A DNA stretch of 64,000 bases from Phoronis australis (lineage: Eukaryota; Animalia; Phoronida), in contig NMRA01000127.1 of the NCBI GenBank assembly GCA_002633005.1, positions 504,438-568,437 on the forward strand, read 5' to 3'. Below the pieces are notes generated by a model. That model saw only the letters and a program-made list of their open reading frames with translations, had not been told where the DNA came from and did not search any database. The position numbers were made by a program, and so were the translations under genes. This document shows, piece by piece, positions 49,801-60,350 of the stretch; position 1 is the first letter of the stretch; each line of letters begins with the position of its first letter.

Positions 49801-52800
49801 CACACAGTATAGTGAAAACAATCCGTATATATGAATTGGAGAAAATACAATTACAAAACAGTACAAAATGCAAAAAAAAACTATTCTGACAAAAACTACA
49901 TACGGAGGTTTGAAAAGTTTACTTCCACGGTGATTCCAAAGCATTGAATCTGAATGAAACTGCTCGACTCTTCGTAAAGTTACGTGCAATAAAAGAGACA
50001 TGATTATGACTATGACACCAGTTTCCAACTACACTAAGAGCCAGACCTGACTCTGTCAACACTCCTGCCGCCAGCAATGCCATGGTACACAAGTCCTCGT
50101 CACCAGTGTACGTCTGCAGGTAACCATTGAGCATCTCCAGAGCACCCTCTCGTCGAGCTTGCTGTTGGATGTTGTCTAGGGAAACAGAAACGCCAAGTCT
50201 ACGATATAATTGAATGTCTAGTGAATTCATTATTTTCTCATTTGCAGCCCTTCAATAGAAAACTCAGCCCATTGCACAAGCTCACCAACTAATCAGAACT
50301 AATCTTTTTCACACTAAACCATTAATTCGGTAACTGCCCATAGAGAAGGTTGACTGCTTCTTTCTTCCAATATCTTGTCATTTGCATCAACTGGTGCTGT
50401 TTTTTGCAATTTTATCATGTGTGCGACAGCTAGAAAAGTTCGTATATAGAAATAAGAATGATGGCTATAAATTCGGACATCGATGAAAAACAAGCGATTT
50501 AGTATGTGTGTACGTTGTTTGTATCTTGACGTAACACCTGCTTTGAAAATGGGGGTAACAAAACAATGACTGGGTTATTACATACCTAAATTAACGCACT
50601 GACGAGATTAGAGTGGCCGTAGTGATGCTGGAAAAATGCGGTGCAATTCAAGATAAGCTTTCAAAATTTCTCTAAGTTAGGGGTAATCAAAAGAGGATTC
50701 TCCGAGACAAAACTAGATGAAAACGGAATAGAAATAAAACAGGAAGAGCCTTTCAAACACGACGAGTTCAAAAAGTACAAGGAAGATATCAATGTTTTTA
50801 GATCACTACATTGAACAATGAAGCAGTTGGTCTCTATTGCATACACAAAAATAAAGACAAAATTATTGTGCAGGAATTTTATAACCAAATTAGAGCATAA
50901 TGTTGTTACCTTTGTCATTAGCGAAGTTGAGTACGCAGCCACAGAGAATCATGCGGAGTTTGTCAGCGCCCTCTACAGTGCTGGACTCGAAGCTCTTCAT
51001 GAGGGACAGTATTTTCTGCATGCCGTCTCGTTGATAGATGGCGTCTCGTCCGGCGTCTGAAAGGTCGACGACAAAAGTTAGCCAACATCCGTGTTGTACT
51101 CAACAATTTTATTGATTTAGGATGATTTACTGCTATAGAGTTGCCAAGCGCATTCATACTTCAATAGGTATCATTCAGTCTGATATCAGTTGATCGCTTC
51201 TGGCTGAGGTGCAGCTGACAGTGCCAGGGCCATTAGCAAAGCCAGGCGTTGAGTACTAGTGAGGCATAAGCCGTGATGAATCAATATTGACAGCAGTGTT
51301 TAGACTGATCATACCAGAAGAAATAGAATCAAATATGGGTGCTGCTACTGGTAACCGCACGGAAATCATTTATATATTGAACAACTGTCAGGTTGAAACC
51401 CATCAACGTTAGCTTAACATTCAGAAATTGAGAAAATACAGAAACGTGTAGGCCTAACCAAAGTAGAAACTTTGTCCAATGTTCAATACAAACCTATAAC
51501 AACAAAAAATGCTATAAATATGAGACAAACCGTTGTCGAAACTGATGTTGCCAAGAGCTCTACACGCCTGTGTGACTTCCTCTATGCTTGGACTAGACAA
51601 CATGTCCACAAGGGGGTGCACCAAGTCATTGTCAACACAAGGTTGTCGGTGGGCCTCTAAAAAGAACGATGCAGACACTAGCTGGCAAGTCATACGAAAA
51701 GATGAAAGAGCTAAAAACAGCTTAATCGGCTAGAGTGGACTGGATGTGACAAAGCACCATCATTTGAACACTTTTCAATTTAGGGCAACATAAGGAACAG
51801 GGGCGGATCCAGGATTTTGAGTTAAGGGAAGCCAGGGCAAAGTATTAGCCAGGATTTTGCCAGTCAGACATTCACACCTTCAAACTGTCAAATGGAATCT
51901 GGGAGACTTTCAGGAGGGGGCCATGGCCTCCTTGCCTCCCCCCCAAGAAAGATTAGTGAACTTTCGCTCTATAAAATTTTTTTACTAAAACAGCAATCGG
52001 ACTTTTATGTTAATTTACTTTTTCATTAGCATGGTTTGTATGTAACACCTGCTACCAAACAAGTTTTGGTAAAATTTTGAGCATTTGCGTGAATATAGTA
52101 AGCCCTAATGAAACAGAAAAAGCCAAAATTAGTAACCCTCTTGTCCTTAACTGGTACCAACACTGTAGAGCGACATTTAATGACTAATTTAAAGTGACTG
52201 AAAAGTGCGTGCGTGAGTTACACATGCAACGAAACCACACTGACATGAAAAAATGTCAACTGCGGCAAATATTAAAACCTGTTTTAAGGTACGATAAACA
52301 CTTCCCTTTAAGGCTACACTTGCCGTTTCAGTTTGGTCGACTAATTTTATTATAGAACAATTTTAAAGCAAAACAATTTATCAAAACTTATGCATTGATA
52401 ATGCTCTTTCAACAAAAGTTCAATCGTTCAAAACATAGAGTAATGTTAAAGTTAAATTTTGAATTCCTGGTGATGCACCAACAAAATGGCCGTCGCATTA
52501 AAATGCAACTGAAGTTCAAAATTCTATGAAATCGTTAATAGAAAACACGATCATATACATGAATGTAATTTATGAAATGTTCCTGTATGTGTGATATTTT
52601 AAACTGGTGAAACTAGTTTATACTTGTGAAATTAAAAGAACGGTTACCTTTAAAAGCCTGTGATAATCATTTTCATATCAGAAACACACTTCAGCAATAA
52701 CTATTTGTTTGAGACACCAACCATCACTGTCTGACAAAAGCTAATTTACCTCTACTGAGTAGTGAGAAATCAATCTTACTTTGAGACATACAGAGGGGTG

Positions 52801-55800
52801 TATTGAATATCTCCGCAGGTATCTGCCAACCGAACTGTTCTCAACACATACACTCCATGGCACTAGTATGCCATTAGAAAAAAGTGGAAATCTTCCATCG
52901 CTTGGTTTTTGCGAAATGCAATTCATATTTGCAATATACAGTATCAGTATTATAAGAGTTAGAAGTTGACATTAAAAAACAAAGTACATCTGGTTTTGGG
53001 AGCGATAGTTTTTTGAAAACGGTCTATAGTAACCTAAAAAGTCACTTTAATTTGAAACAGGTTGCCAAGACAGTTTCAATTTTTAGACGTGCGGTTTTAG
53101 GAATGACTGTTTTCAGGAAATAGCTTCCCGTATAAACCATAAAGTCTGCCCTGGGCAACACGTGTAAATCTAGTTCCAACAATGTGTTAAAAGTATCCCT
53201 CTGACCATACCCAAGTCGTAAATTGCACAATGTGAACAGTTACTGGCTTATTGCCCAACTTTTATTTACGGCACATCCAGAATCCTCACTTATTCCAAAT
53301 ACCTCCAAAGAACACAGACAAACCTTGACGCTCTAGTCAATAGACTCAGATACATACGGCAGATACATAGTCGTGGGCACCAGTGAATGCTCACACTGAG
53401 TGCTGTCATTCATTCTTTACTTATTACTTTTACATACTGCGTTACATGCAGGTGCTTGAGTATTCAAATCTTGTTTTCTTACATTGTTAAATCAATATCG
53501 GATAGTCCAATACATTCACAATTATACAAAAATACACTCCAGGAAGGTTTTAGGAAGATAGCAGTCAAAGCATGGTAAAGATGGTACTCAAAAGTCTGCA
53601 GTATCTTGCCTCACATCAGCAAAAGGCACGACAAGATCGACTAGCAACAAAGTGATTTTGATACATTCATTCACGAGAATATGTCCATTTTAAAGACGTG
53701 TTCATTACTCTGTCAAGTTCTGAAGGAAATCTCCACAAAATAAAAACCTTAAGCGTTTTCGCTTTCAACATTATGAGATAAAGACCAACTCATTACTGAG
53801 GGAAAACCTAGTGAGTTATTGACAGAACAAAACATGAAATATAGATTTAAGTAGGCGAAGCTAAATCACATGTGACCACCTCCCGGAGGTTTACACCCAC
53901 ACAACGCATGTGGGTAAGTCATCTTCAAATGTCTGAGGACACCCACCTGATTTTGCTATTTCCGCAACGATCTCACCAGCTAACACTCTGTATTGTTTCT
54001 CATTGGTCAACAGGTACGACAACTCTGGCAGAATGCCGCCCTCGACAAGACTGGTAGCGACATCATCTGACACATGAGGAAAAAGACAATAATAAGTTTC
54101 AATACCATAACAAGGCCATTTGCCGCATGGGATGATCTAACTAGTATCCTAATGACACCAGAATGTAATTGAGGTTCACGTGTCTTATAGCTATTAAGAC
54201 AGACAAAAAATGATGATCAATAGTATCCTCTTGGAAATTTGTACATTATCAAAGCAAAACAGGATTACAAAATCAACAATCAAAACAGATGAGTCTCAGA
54301 AGACATTTAAGCAGAAAACCAAGCCAAAACCTCATTGAACTTCATGTCACTGAATCAAGATTAATGATCTAAAATCAGGTAAAGGGTATCTCTGCTAAGT
54401 GGTCAGATAATCACATGAAATCTGAAGGCAAGTAATTAATTTGCAGCAATCGTATGAACAGATGTCGTTGCTGGGAACTTGCGGAGGCTACAATGGCATA
54501 AACGGTCGGACGAGAGTACTTTGAACTGAACTGTGCAGGGCATTGACACGGAACTCGTAACCTTGGCAAGGAAGCAGTAACTTGAGTGTCAGAAGTTTTT
54601 TTTAGGTTTGCAAGTTCATTTTTAAACTAAAGCAAACAAATCCGGGATAAACGGCGAAATCAATGAAGTAGAAACAAATTTGAATCCATCCATCACAGAT
54701 TAATTGAAAATCCTTTCATGTTTTTGGCAGTTTGTCAGAGGCTAGAGAGAGTTTCTGAGACGCAAGAATCTTGCTAAGGAAGCTAGTTTGATCACGTGCT
54801 TCGCTTGCAAATTACTTGGCAATATCTCACAATAAGTCTTGCGAGTTCTTTTTGCTACAAAAAAATAGGTCTACAAAAGGGGTGTCTGGGTTTTTGCGTT
54901 ATTTGACATTTGAACCATGTAACTTAAGAAAAAAAGAGGCATATTGACTTGGACACAATTTTGATAAAGAAAAAAGTAAGTAAGGAAATGCTACATCTGT
55001 GGTATTCTTCTTTAAAAAATATCACCACATTCTTTTCATTTTTCCACATTCATCCAATGTTCTACGTTATTCTGTTTTAGAGCAAAATTTCTGGCTGTAT
55101 TCATGAATCCCACAAACTTGAATTGAAAACCAAAAAACTTTGGAAGTTGGACCCATTGGACCCCAGTTTTTTGAAAATGCAGGACAAAAACTTGTTAGGG
55201 ATTTAGTCAAGGTCATGTAGGACCCTAGAAAAATGACAAAATTTGACCAACTTAAGAACATCATAATCTCAGAAATGGCGGACAGTATTCATATGCGGTT
55301 AAAAGTGTTCGTCGTTGTCTCCTGTATGATGATGGTAAAAACGAGAAAACAGTTACCAGGGACTGCAATTTCTACCTACTAACGATCAGGTGTTACTTCC
55401 GGTTGCACGCCATGAACAGTCATGTGATCAAGGGGCTGAGCTGCTGGCTTGAAACGTCGTGCTCAACTAACTAAATGTCTCCTAGTAAGCGGTTTTCTCG
55501 TTTTTACTAGTATTAATATGAAACGTTCAGGAACTACACTTGATGCAATATTCTCTAAACACCTGTTAGGAAAGGAATTGTTTATAAAATTTTCCACTTA
55601 GGCATGATGGGCTAACAAAACTAGTAAAACTTTTGCGATTTTCTGGAAAAAAATCTAAAGCTGCGCGAAACGATAACGAAATATTTTTTAAAACTGAACA
55701 TGTGTCTTAAAAAAATTTGATCATGTTATTAAGACTGTTGCTTTGCTATCAAAGCACCTTTCTTGTTTGCCACTTAAAAGACATCGTCACATGACCCAAA

Positions 55801-56477
55801 TGGCAGATTGGCAAAAAGTCAAAAATCAATGAAACTTTCCAGGCTTTTCATCTTCAGAAGATATACTTTTACAAAATTGAAATCCATAGATTTTCAAACC
55901 TTTTGTATATAACTTTGTCACAAAAGGCACCTTTTCATAGCAATTTTGTCACAAAAAACACCCTTTCAAGAAAACAATGTAACATACAAAATATTTCAAA
56001 ATTTCTTGTTGTTGCAGAAAATTGGTGAAACTTAGATAATACTTCGTCGATGAAATTCTAGGAACCGTGATTGAAATGACTAATAGTTAAGTTTTATTTA
56101 CTGTTGCTTAAACAATCTATTAATATTTTGACGTATAAAAATACTGGTTCTGAAAGTCATCCTTCCTAACCGCAGATCGGGTATCTCTTTCCTATAGGAG
56201 GGGGGGGGGGCGGTGGTGCTCCTGGCTGCCAGTCTCAGGTCATTAAACAGTCTCAAGCATGTCTTACCTTTGAAGGTCTTTCCAAAGATGGCAGTATGTC
56301 TTTAAACCAAAAATTGTTAGTGACCTGATTCACCCAAGAGTGAGACAGTCACACTCATGGTAATGACTACTGCAGGCTTACCTTTACTGGTAAGAGCAGA
56401 CAATACTTTCTTCAGACACGACTCCAGCGAGCTATCATTCCTCAATTTCAGGTCGTTCAGGGCAGACGACAGGATGT
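40774..56477 (-). CDS. RAP1GDS1: Rap1 GTPase-GDP dissociation stimulator 1 (SmgGDS), ARM-repeat protein, 14 exons plus an unlocated first exon
   Basis: Exons 5'->3': 56477-56382, 54066-53947, 51656-51531, 51056-50910, 50175-50047, 49554-49429, 48888-48745, 47626-47495, 46732-46595, 45380-45255 (duplicate at 44602-44477), 43389-43300, 42382-42206, 41591-41463, 40898-40774. Total 1805 nt, about 602 aa with an ATG-G first exon. Motifs: RALGNISFDN, DLLVLLLTGD, LAVGNFARSD, QHAVLSALRNLAIP, QFKLLGLLRMLID, GEANRL, SEHVVMQNEALVAL. Confidence 0.95.
41463..41591 (-). CDS. RAP1GDS1: RAP1GDS1 exon
   Basis: ttgcag / gtgagt; DYCEEAFQSADVV..ILCNVMSL. Confidence 0.88.
41888..41956 (-). mobile_element. Possible degenerate tRNA-derived SINE head
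   Basis: Minus strand reads gggacttggttcagcggcagagcattggactgc...ggttctgagctcc, with A-box-like and B-box-like motifs at tRNA spacing; no intact cloverleaf. Confidence 0.25.
42206..42382 (-). CDS. RAP1GDS1: RAP1GDS1 exon
   Basis: ttctag / gtagta; GEANRLVAS..TSEHVVMQNEALVAL. Confidence 0.95.
43300..43389 (-). CDS. RAP1GDS1: RAP1GDS1 exon
   Basis: cttcag / gtagcg; GEAAKSLGSNSEVVARIIKYCSVEGHEGVK. Confidence 0.88.
44477..44602 (-). CDS. RAP1GDS1: RAP1GDS1 exon (copy A; probably the second allele)
   Basis: Identical to 45255-45380 except one synonymous TGC/TGT change; splice sites intact; separated from copy B by an N at 44771. Confidence 0.6.
44628..44770. mobile_element. hAT-like MITE end (CAGTGGCGGATCTAGG...), cut by an assembly gap
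   Basis: GC-rich insert present in only one of two duplicate copies; terminus resembles cAGGGGCGGATCCAGG at 51798; superfamily is inferred from the terminus. Confidence 0.6.
45255..45380 (-). CDS. RAP1GDS1: RAP1GDS1 exon (copy B)
   Basis: ttgtag / gtaagc; NKAKLNSGGV..PIQFKLLGLLRMLIDGQ. Confidence 0.92.
46595..46732 (-). CDS. RAP1GDS1: RAP1GDS1 exon
   Basis: atttag / gtaaca; DELCSKMVELG..QHAVLSALRNLAIP. Confidence 0.94.
47495..47626 (-). CDS. RAP1GDS1: RAP1GDS1 exon
   Basis: tttcag / gtgagt; DASMYLLYDGGNG..LAVGNFARS. Confidence 0.94.
47716..47845. repeat. Two tandem ~70-bp copies of a GC-rich MITE-like terminus
   Basis: cag(c/t)gcacca(t/c)agggggg..ctgag/ctggag..tagcccccacttttttcagtgc occurs twice. 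Confidence 0.6.
48745..48888 (-). CDS. RAP1GDS1: RAP1GDS1 exon
   Basis: tttcag / gtaaaa; DDVKLQL..SDLLVLLLTG. Confidence 0.93.
49429..49554 (-). CDS. RAP1GDS1: RAP1GDS1 exon
   Basis: ttacag / gtatga; DDGKEKVAE..ILELLISMSEN. Confidence 0.88.
50047..50175 (-). CDS. RAP1GDS1: RAP1GDS1 exon
   Basis: ccctag / gtctgg; DNIQQQA..DLCTMALLAAGVLTES. Confidence 0.88.
50910..51056 (-). CDS. RAP1GDS1: RAP1GDS1 147-nt exon
   Basis: tttcag / gtaaca; DAGRDAIYQRDGMQKIL..CGCVLNFANDK. Confidence 0.9.
51531..51656 (-). CDS. RAP1GDS1: RAP1GDS1 exon
   Basis: ttttag / gtttgt; RQPCVDNDLVHPLV..QACRALGNISFDN. Confidence 0.94.
51798..51944. mobile_element. hAT-like MITE fragment
   Basis: Starts caggggcggatccaggatttt and ends in a gggggccatggcctccttgcctcccccc block, similar to the 44628 element. 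Confidence 0.5.
53947..54066 (-). CDS. RAP1GDS1: RAP1GDS1 exon
   Basis: tgtcag / gtgggt; DDVATSLVEGGILP..EIVAEIAKS. Confidence 0.9.
56382..56477 (-). CDS. RAP1GDS1: RAP1GDS1 exon 2
   Basis: tttcag / gtaagc; (D)ILSSALNDLKL, comparable to vertebrate MDNLSDTLKKLKI. Confidence 0.82.
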
Positions 56478-58009
56478 CTGAAACGAAGACCCACAAACCG
56501 CTTTTTAAGATTACGTTGGACCCTAGAAAATGTCCAAATTTGGTTCTCTTTCCATTTTCAAGATGGCCAACTTGAACAAATTCTAAAGCGTTTTCTTGAG
56601 TCACTGATGATTTCAGTAATCTTGTTGGTAACGGAGATTCCTACTGTGGTAACGAATGAGACCAATTTTACAAGAACAAAAGGCCTTGCACAATTGTAGA
56701 TTTGCAGTCAGTTAAGCAGGGTGAAATGCAACTTTAAACTTATACCAGGGACGGAAAACAGGCTTCGGTGCACTATTTCTGTCAAGAATCACATCATGGG
56801 CGCCATAACGGAAAAAGCTAACTTGTAATCAACACTGAAAGCTATGCATTGTATACAGTATAATAGGACCAATTATCACCAGCAAGAAAATGATTGTAAC
56901 TTAATACATGACTAGACTGGCAGAAAAATAATATGATTTGATAAAATAACATTGATTACATTGATTACGTACTTCCACAGGATACGAGACAAATCTGACA
57001 GTTATTACGCATTCACTCCTACTCCGTGGAGACAATGTTTGCCTTGCAGCAATCCTAATTTTTGTTGCGAGGATACATTACAGTTGTAGTATCTACAGCT
57101 AAGAAGGTCAGGTATCATGCTAGATAGCAGCATTGAGCTTTCTTAGCTCATTATTGTCAGTTCAAAATGAGCTTTTTTCTGCTTGAGTGAGCGTCATTCT
57201 AAACTTTAAGCCCAGCCTTGCAATGACAGTACAAATCCTTTAGTTTGGGACACAAAAATAATTGCTAAATTACCATACCATCTTCTATATTCAGAGGCAA
57301 ACCACACTGCAGCGAATGATCAAAATTTCACCTATTCGTTGTTTGGTAATAGCTGCACCAAACATATCACGCTCTAAGCAAGTGAAACTATAATTCCAAA
57401 GAGTTGTATAGTCGAGAAATTTTGACAAAACATTGTTTCAGTAATTGTCTGGAAAATGTGACCTTTGACCTCAAGCAATTCAAGCATTTGACTGAAAGTG
57501 AATGCACACATTTATCATAAGTGGAAGGGAGATTAGAAACTTTGTGGTAACCACAGAGTTTTTCCTTCGTGCGTATTTCCAAAAATTGTGAATTTTGTGA
57601 TTCCCCTGGAACTTTCCTCACAGGGAAAAGTGAATTACTCTGTACTAGACATTGTGAGATGGCACTTTTTGCAGGAACTGTTTAAAAGATATTTTTGACG
57701 AGCATGCCTCTTTAATCAACAGGTGGTAGATAAAGTCGTACGCACCTTGATGGAATAGTTATTGTCGTCGCACAAAATCGAAAGGAACTTCATGAGCATC
57801 ATTAGCCAAACCTTACGCTAACAGGATTTGCATGTAAGTGCACTATTTACCCCACAGTATCCAGTGTATCCAGTGAATTCCTCGGCACATCAAAAAGGCC
57901 TTTCCAACTGACTCCGAAGCTTTGGTGTTGCCGAAGCTTCGGCCAATGGAAACACTGCTAACTTCGGTCTTGAATCGCAGTTAACAGCGCGCGGTAACTT
58001 CAAAGTAAA

Positions 58010-60350
58010 AAAACTGGGGACCAATAACTTTATTGAATAGTGTATACAAACTGGCTTCAGGATGCGTTGCAAACAGAATTCAAAAAGTTCTAGACAAACT
58101 GATTGCAAATACCCAAATTGGATTTATTAAAGGAAGATTTATGGCTGAGAACGCAAGACTAATTTATGATATAATGAGTTATACAGACAAACACAACATT
58201 CCAGGACTACTTGTGTTGATAGATTTTGAAAAGGCTTTTGAGAGTGTTTCCTGGGACTTTATATTCAAAGTCCTGGATAATTTCAATTTCAAAACCAATA
58301 CTATTCGATATATAAGAATTTTTTATAATAAACCAATTGCCTGTGTCATACAAAATGGATTTCTGTCAGACAATTTCATACTAGAACACGGATGTCGACA
58401 AGGTGATCCTCTCTCCCCTTATATTTTTATATTGTGTGCTGAAATTTTGTCCATATTGATTAAACATGATCCTGACGTGAAAGGTATTAAAATCGATGAT
58501 GAAAACTTCGTTATAACACAATGCACAGATGACACAACTTTTACATTAGACAGAACTCCAAGATCCTTTGCAGTACTTATGAACAACCTAGAGTTCTATG
58601 CAGGGATGTCAGGGCTGAAGATAAACTATTTTAAGACAAAAGTAATGTGGATTGGAAGTAGAAAATTCTCTCAAAAAGTGTTTCACCACATGCGTTGGAA
58701 ACTAAAATGGGGTGACGTTGACTTTAAGCTTCTGGGTATTAATTTCAGCGTGAACTTGGAAACCATGTCCAAAGATAACTTTGATGCAAAAATAATGGAA
58801 ATGAAGAATCTGATCAACATATGGTCTCGTAGAAAGCTGACTATCCTTGGAAAGGTCACAGTATTAAAAACACTTGTGCTTCCAAAAATTATACATCTGC
58901 TAATGTTGCTCTCAAGTCCCAATGATACTACTTTTGGCGATATTGAAACTTTGTTTTTTAATTTTTTTTGATAGAAAACCTGATAAAATAAAAAGAGGAG
59001 TACTCATTAAATCCACAGAAGAGGTTGGATTAAGGATGATTGATGTCAGAAAATTTAATATGTCTTTAAAAATTTCATGGATTCGAAGATTCTTTTTAAC
59101 AACATCTCCATGGACTTATTTGTTGCAAAAAGACATTGCGCTTACTAGAGATGGAATGTTGAACTATGGAGACTATAGGTTAACTAGATCGGATAATTGT
59201 AACTCTTTTTGGAAAGAATGCTTCCAGTGTTGGAGCCTTTTAGTTCACAAGCAAACTATTTCAGGTCACGAAGATGCGGCGTCAATTAATGTGTGGGTCA
59301 ATAGTAGTATTACGGTGGAATACAGCCCTTGTATTTATGAGTCATTCGTTAAAAAAGGTATAATATTTGTGAACGAGTTTTTACACTGGAATAGTAACTT
59401 CTACAACTTTGAAAATTTCTAGACGATTCATCAGATTAATGTTAGCTTTCTCAAATATTATTCAATTGTCAGTACAATAAAAAATATCTGAATACGTTTT
59501 CCAAAAACTTAATACTAAAAAAGATATATGGACCACTTGTACCTTTTTCTCTGAAAAATATTATTTTGACGAAAAAGGGATGTCGGGATTCTTACCATAT
59601 TCTGTGCAAAAATGACATAATACCATCGGCACAGAAGAAATTTGAAGTATTGGGATTTTCGCTATCAGAGAAGATGTGGAATTTCTATTACAAACTTCCA
59701 TATAAATGTACGAATGGCACATGCTTACTTTTCTTTCAGTTCAGCTTACTGCATGGAATTCTACCTACTAATTATATTTTAAATAAGATTAGATATGTGG
59801 ACTTAAATACTTGTACTTTTTGTAAACACTTTCCCAAAACTCATTTATTCTTTGAATGTGAATATGTTAATTCTTTCTGGCATGGGGTACGTCTCTGGTT
59901 AATGACTGCAATGCAAGTAAATTTTGAAATAGACAAAACCACCATTGTATTTGGTCTTCAAAATGAAGAGAATAGAATTTTGAAGTGGTTCCTTTTACAA
60001 ACTAAAATTTTCATTTTTGAAACGAAATTTGCTAACGTCAAAGCTAATATAAGATGTCTTAAAATTTTTTGAGGGTGTGTTTTAATGTAGAAGTTAGTGG
60101 TTCGTTAAACACAAGGAAATTTAATGATACAAAAAATGGGAAGATTGGAAATGAGTTTTTGAAATATGAAGGGACCCAGAGAATTGCCCAGATGCCAGAA
60201 CAGAAAATTAAGTAGTACTTTTTAACTTGGAAGTAACAATGAAATGCTTTCTCGTTATTTTTTTTGCACTGTTCTGCACGTTGTTGTGTTTTGTTGTGTA
60301 TATTTGTATATGTACCTGTCTTTTGTAATAAATGTATTAAATGTAAAAAA
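58010..60350 (+). mobile_element. 5'-truncated, decayed L1/Tx1-clade non-LTR retrotransposon (ORF2 RT and C-terminal Cys/His region)
   Basis: RT motifs NWGPITLLN, QIGFIKGR, LIDFEKAFESV, GCRQGDPLSP and QCTDDTT (degenerate YADD). C-terminal CTFCK..HLFFEC. ORF2 is broken into 58033-58971, 58922-59422 and 59566-60072. AATAAA plus a short A tail. 14-bp TSD aacttcaaagtaaa at 57996-58009 and 60351-60364. Confidence 0.92.

Noticed and set aside
52308-53040. Possible Kolobok-like element (ttaaggctacac.. / ..tagtaacctaaaa)
   Set aside because: The terminal match is too degenerate to call without a repeat library.
54830-56100. Old DNA-transposon-like remnants, with weak similarity to about 200-250 and to 45580-45990
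   Set aside because: No definable termini, TSD or coding remnants.
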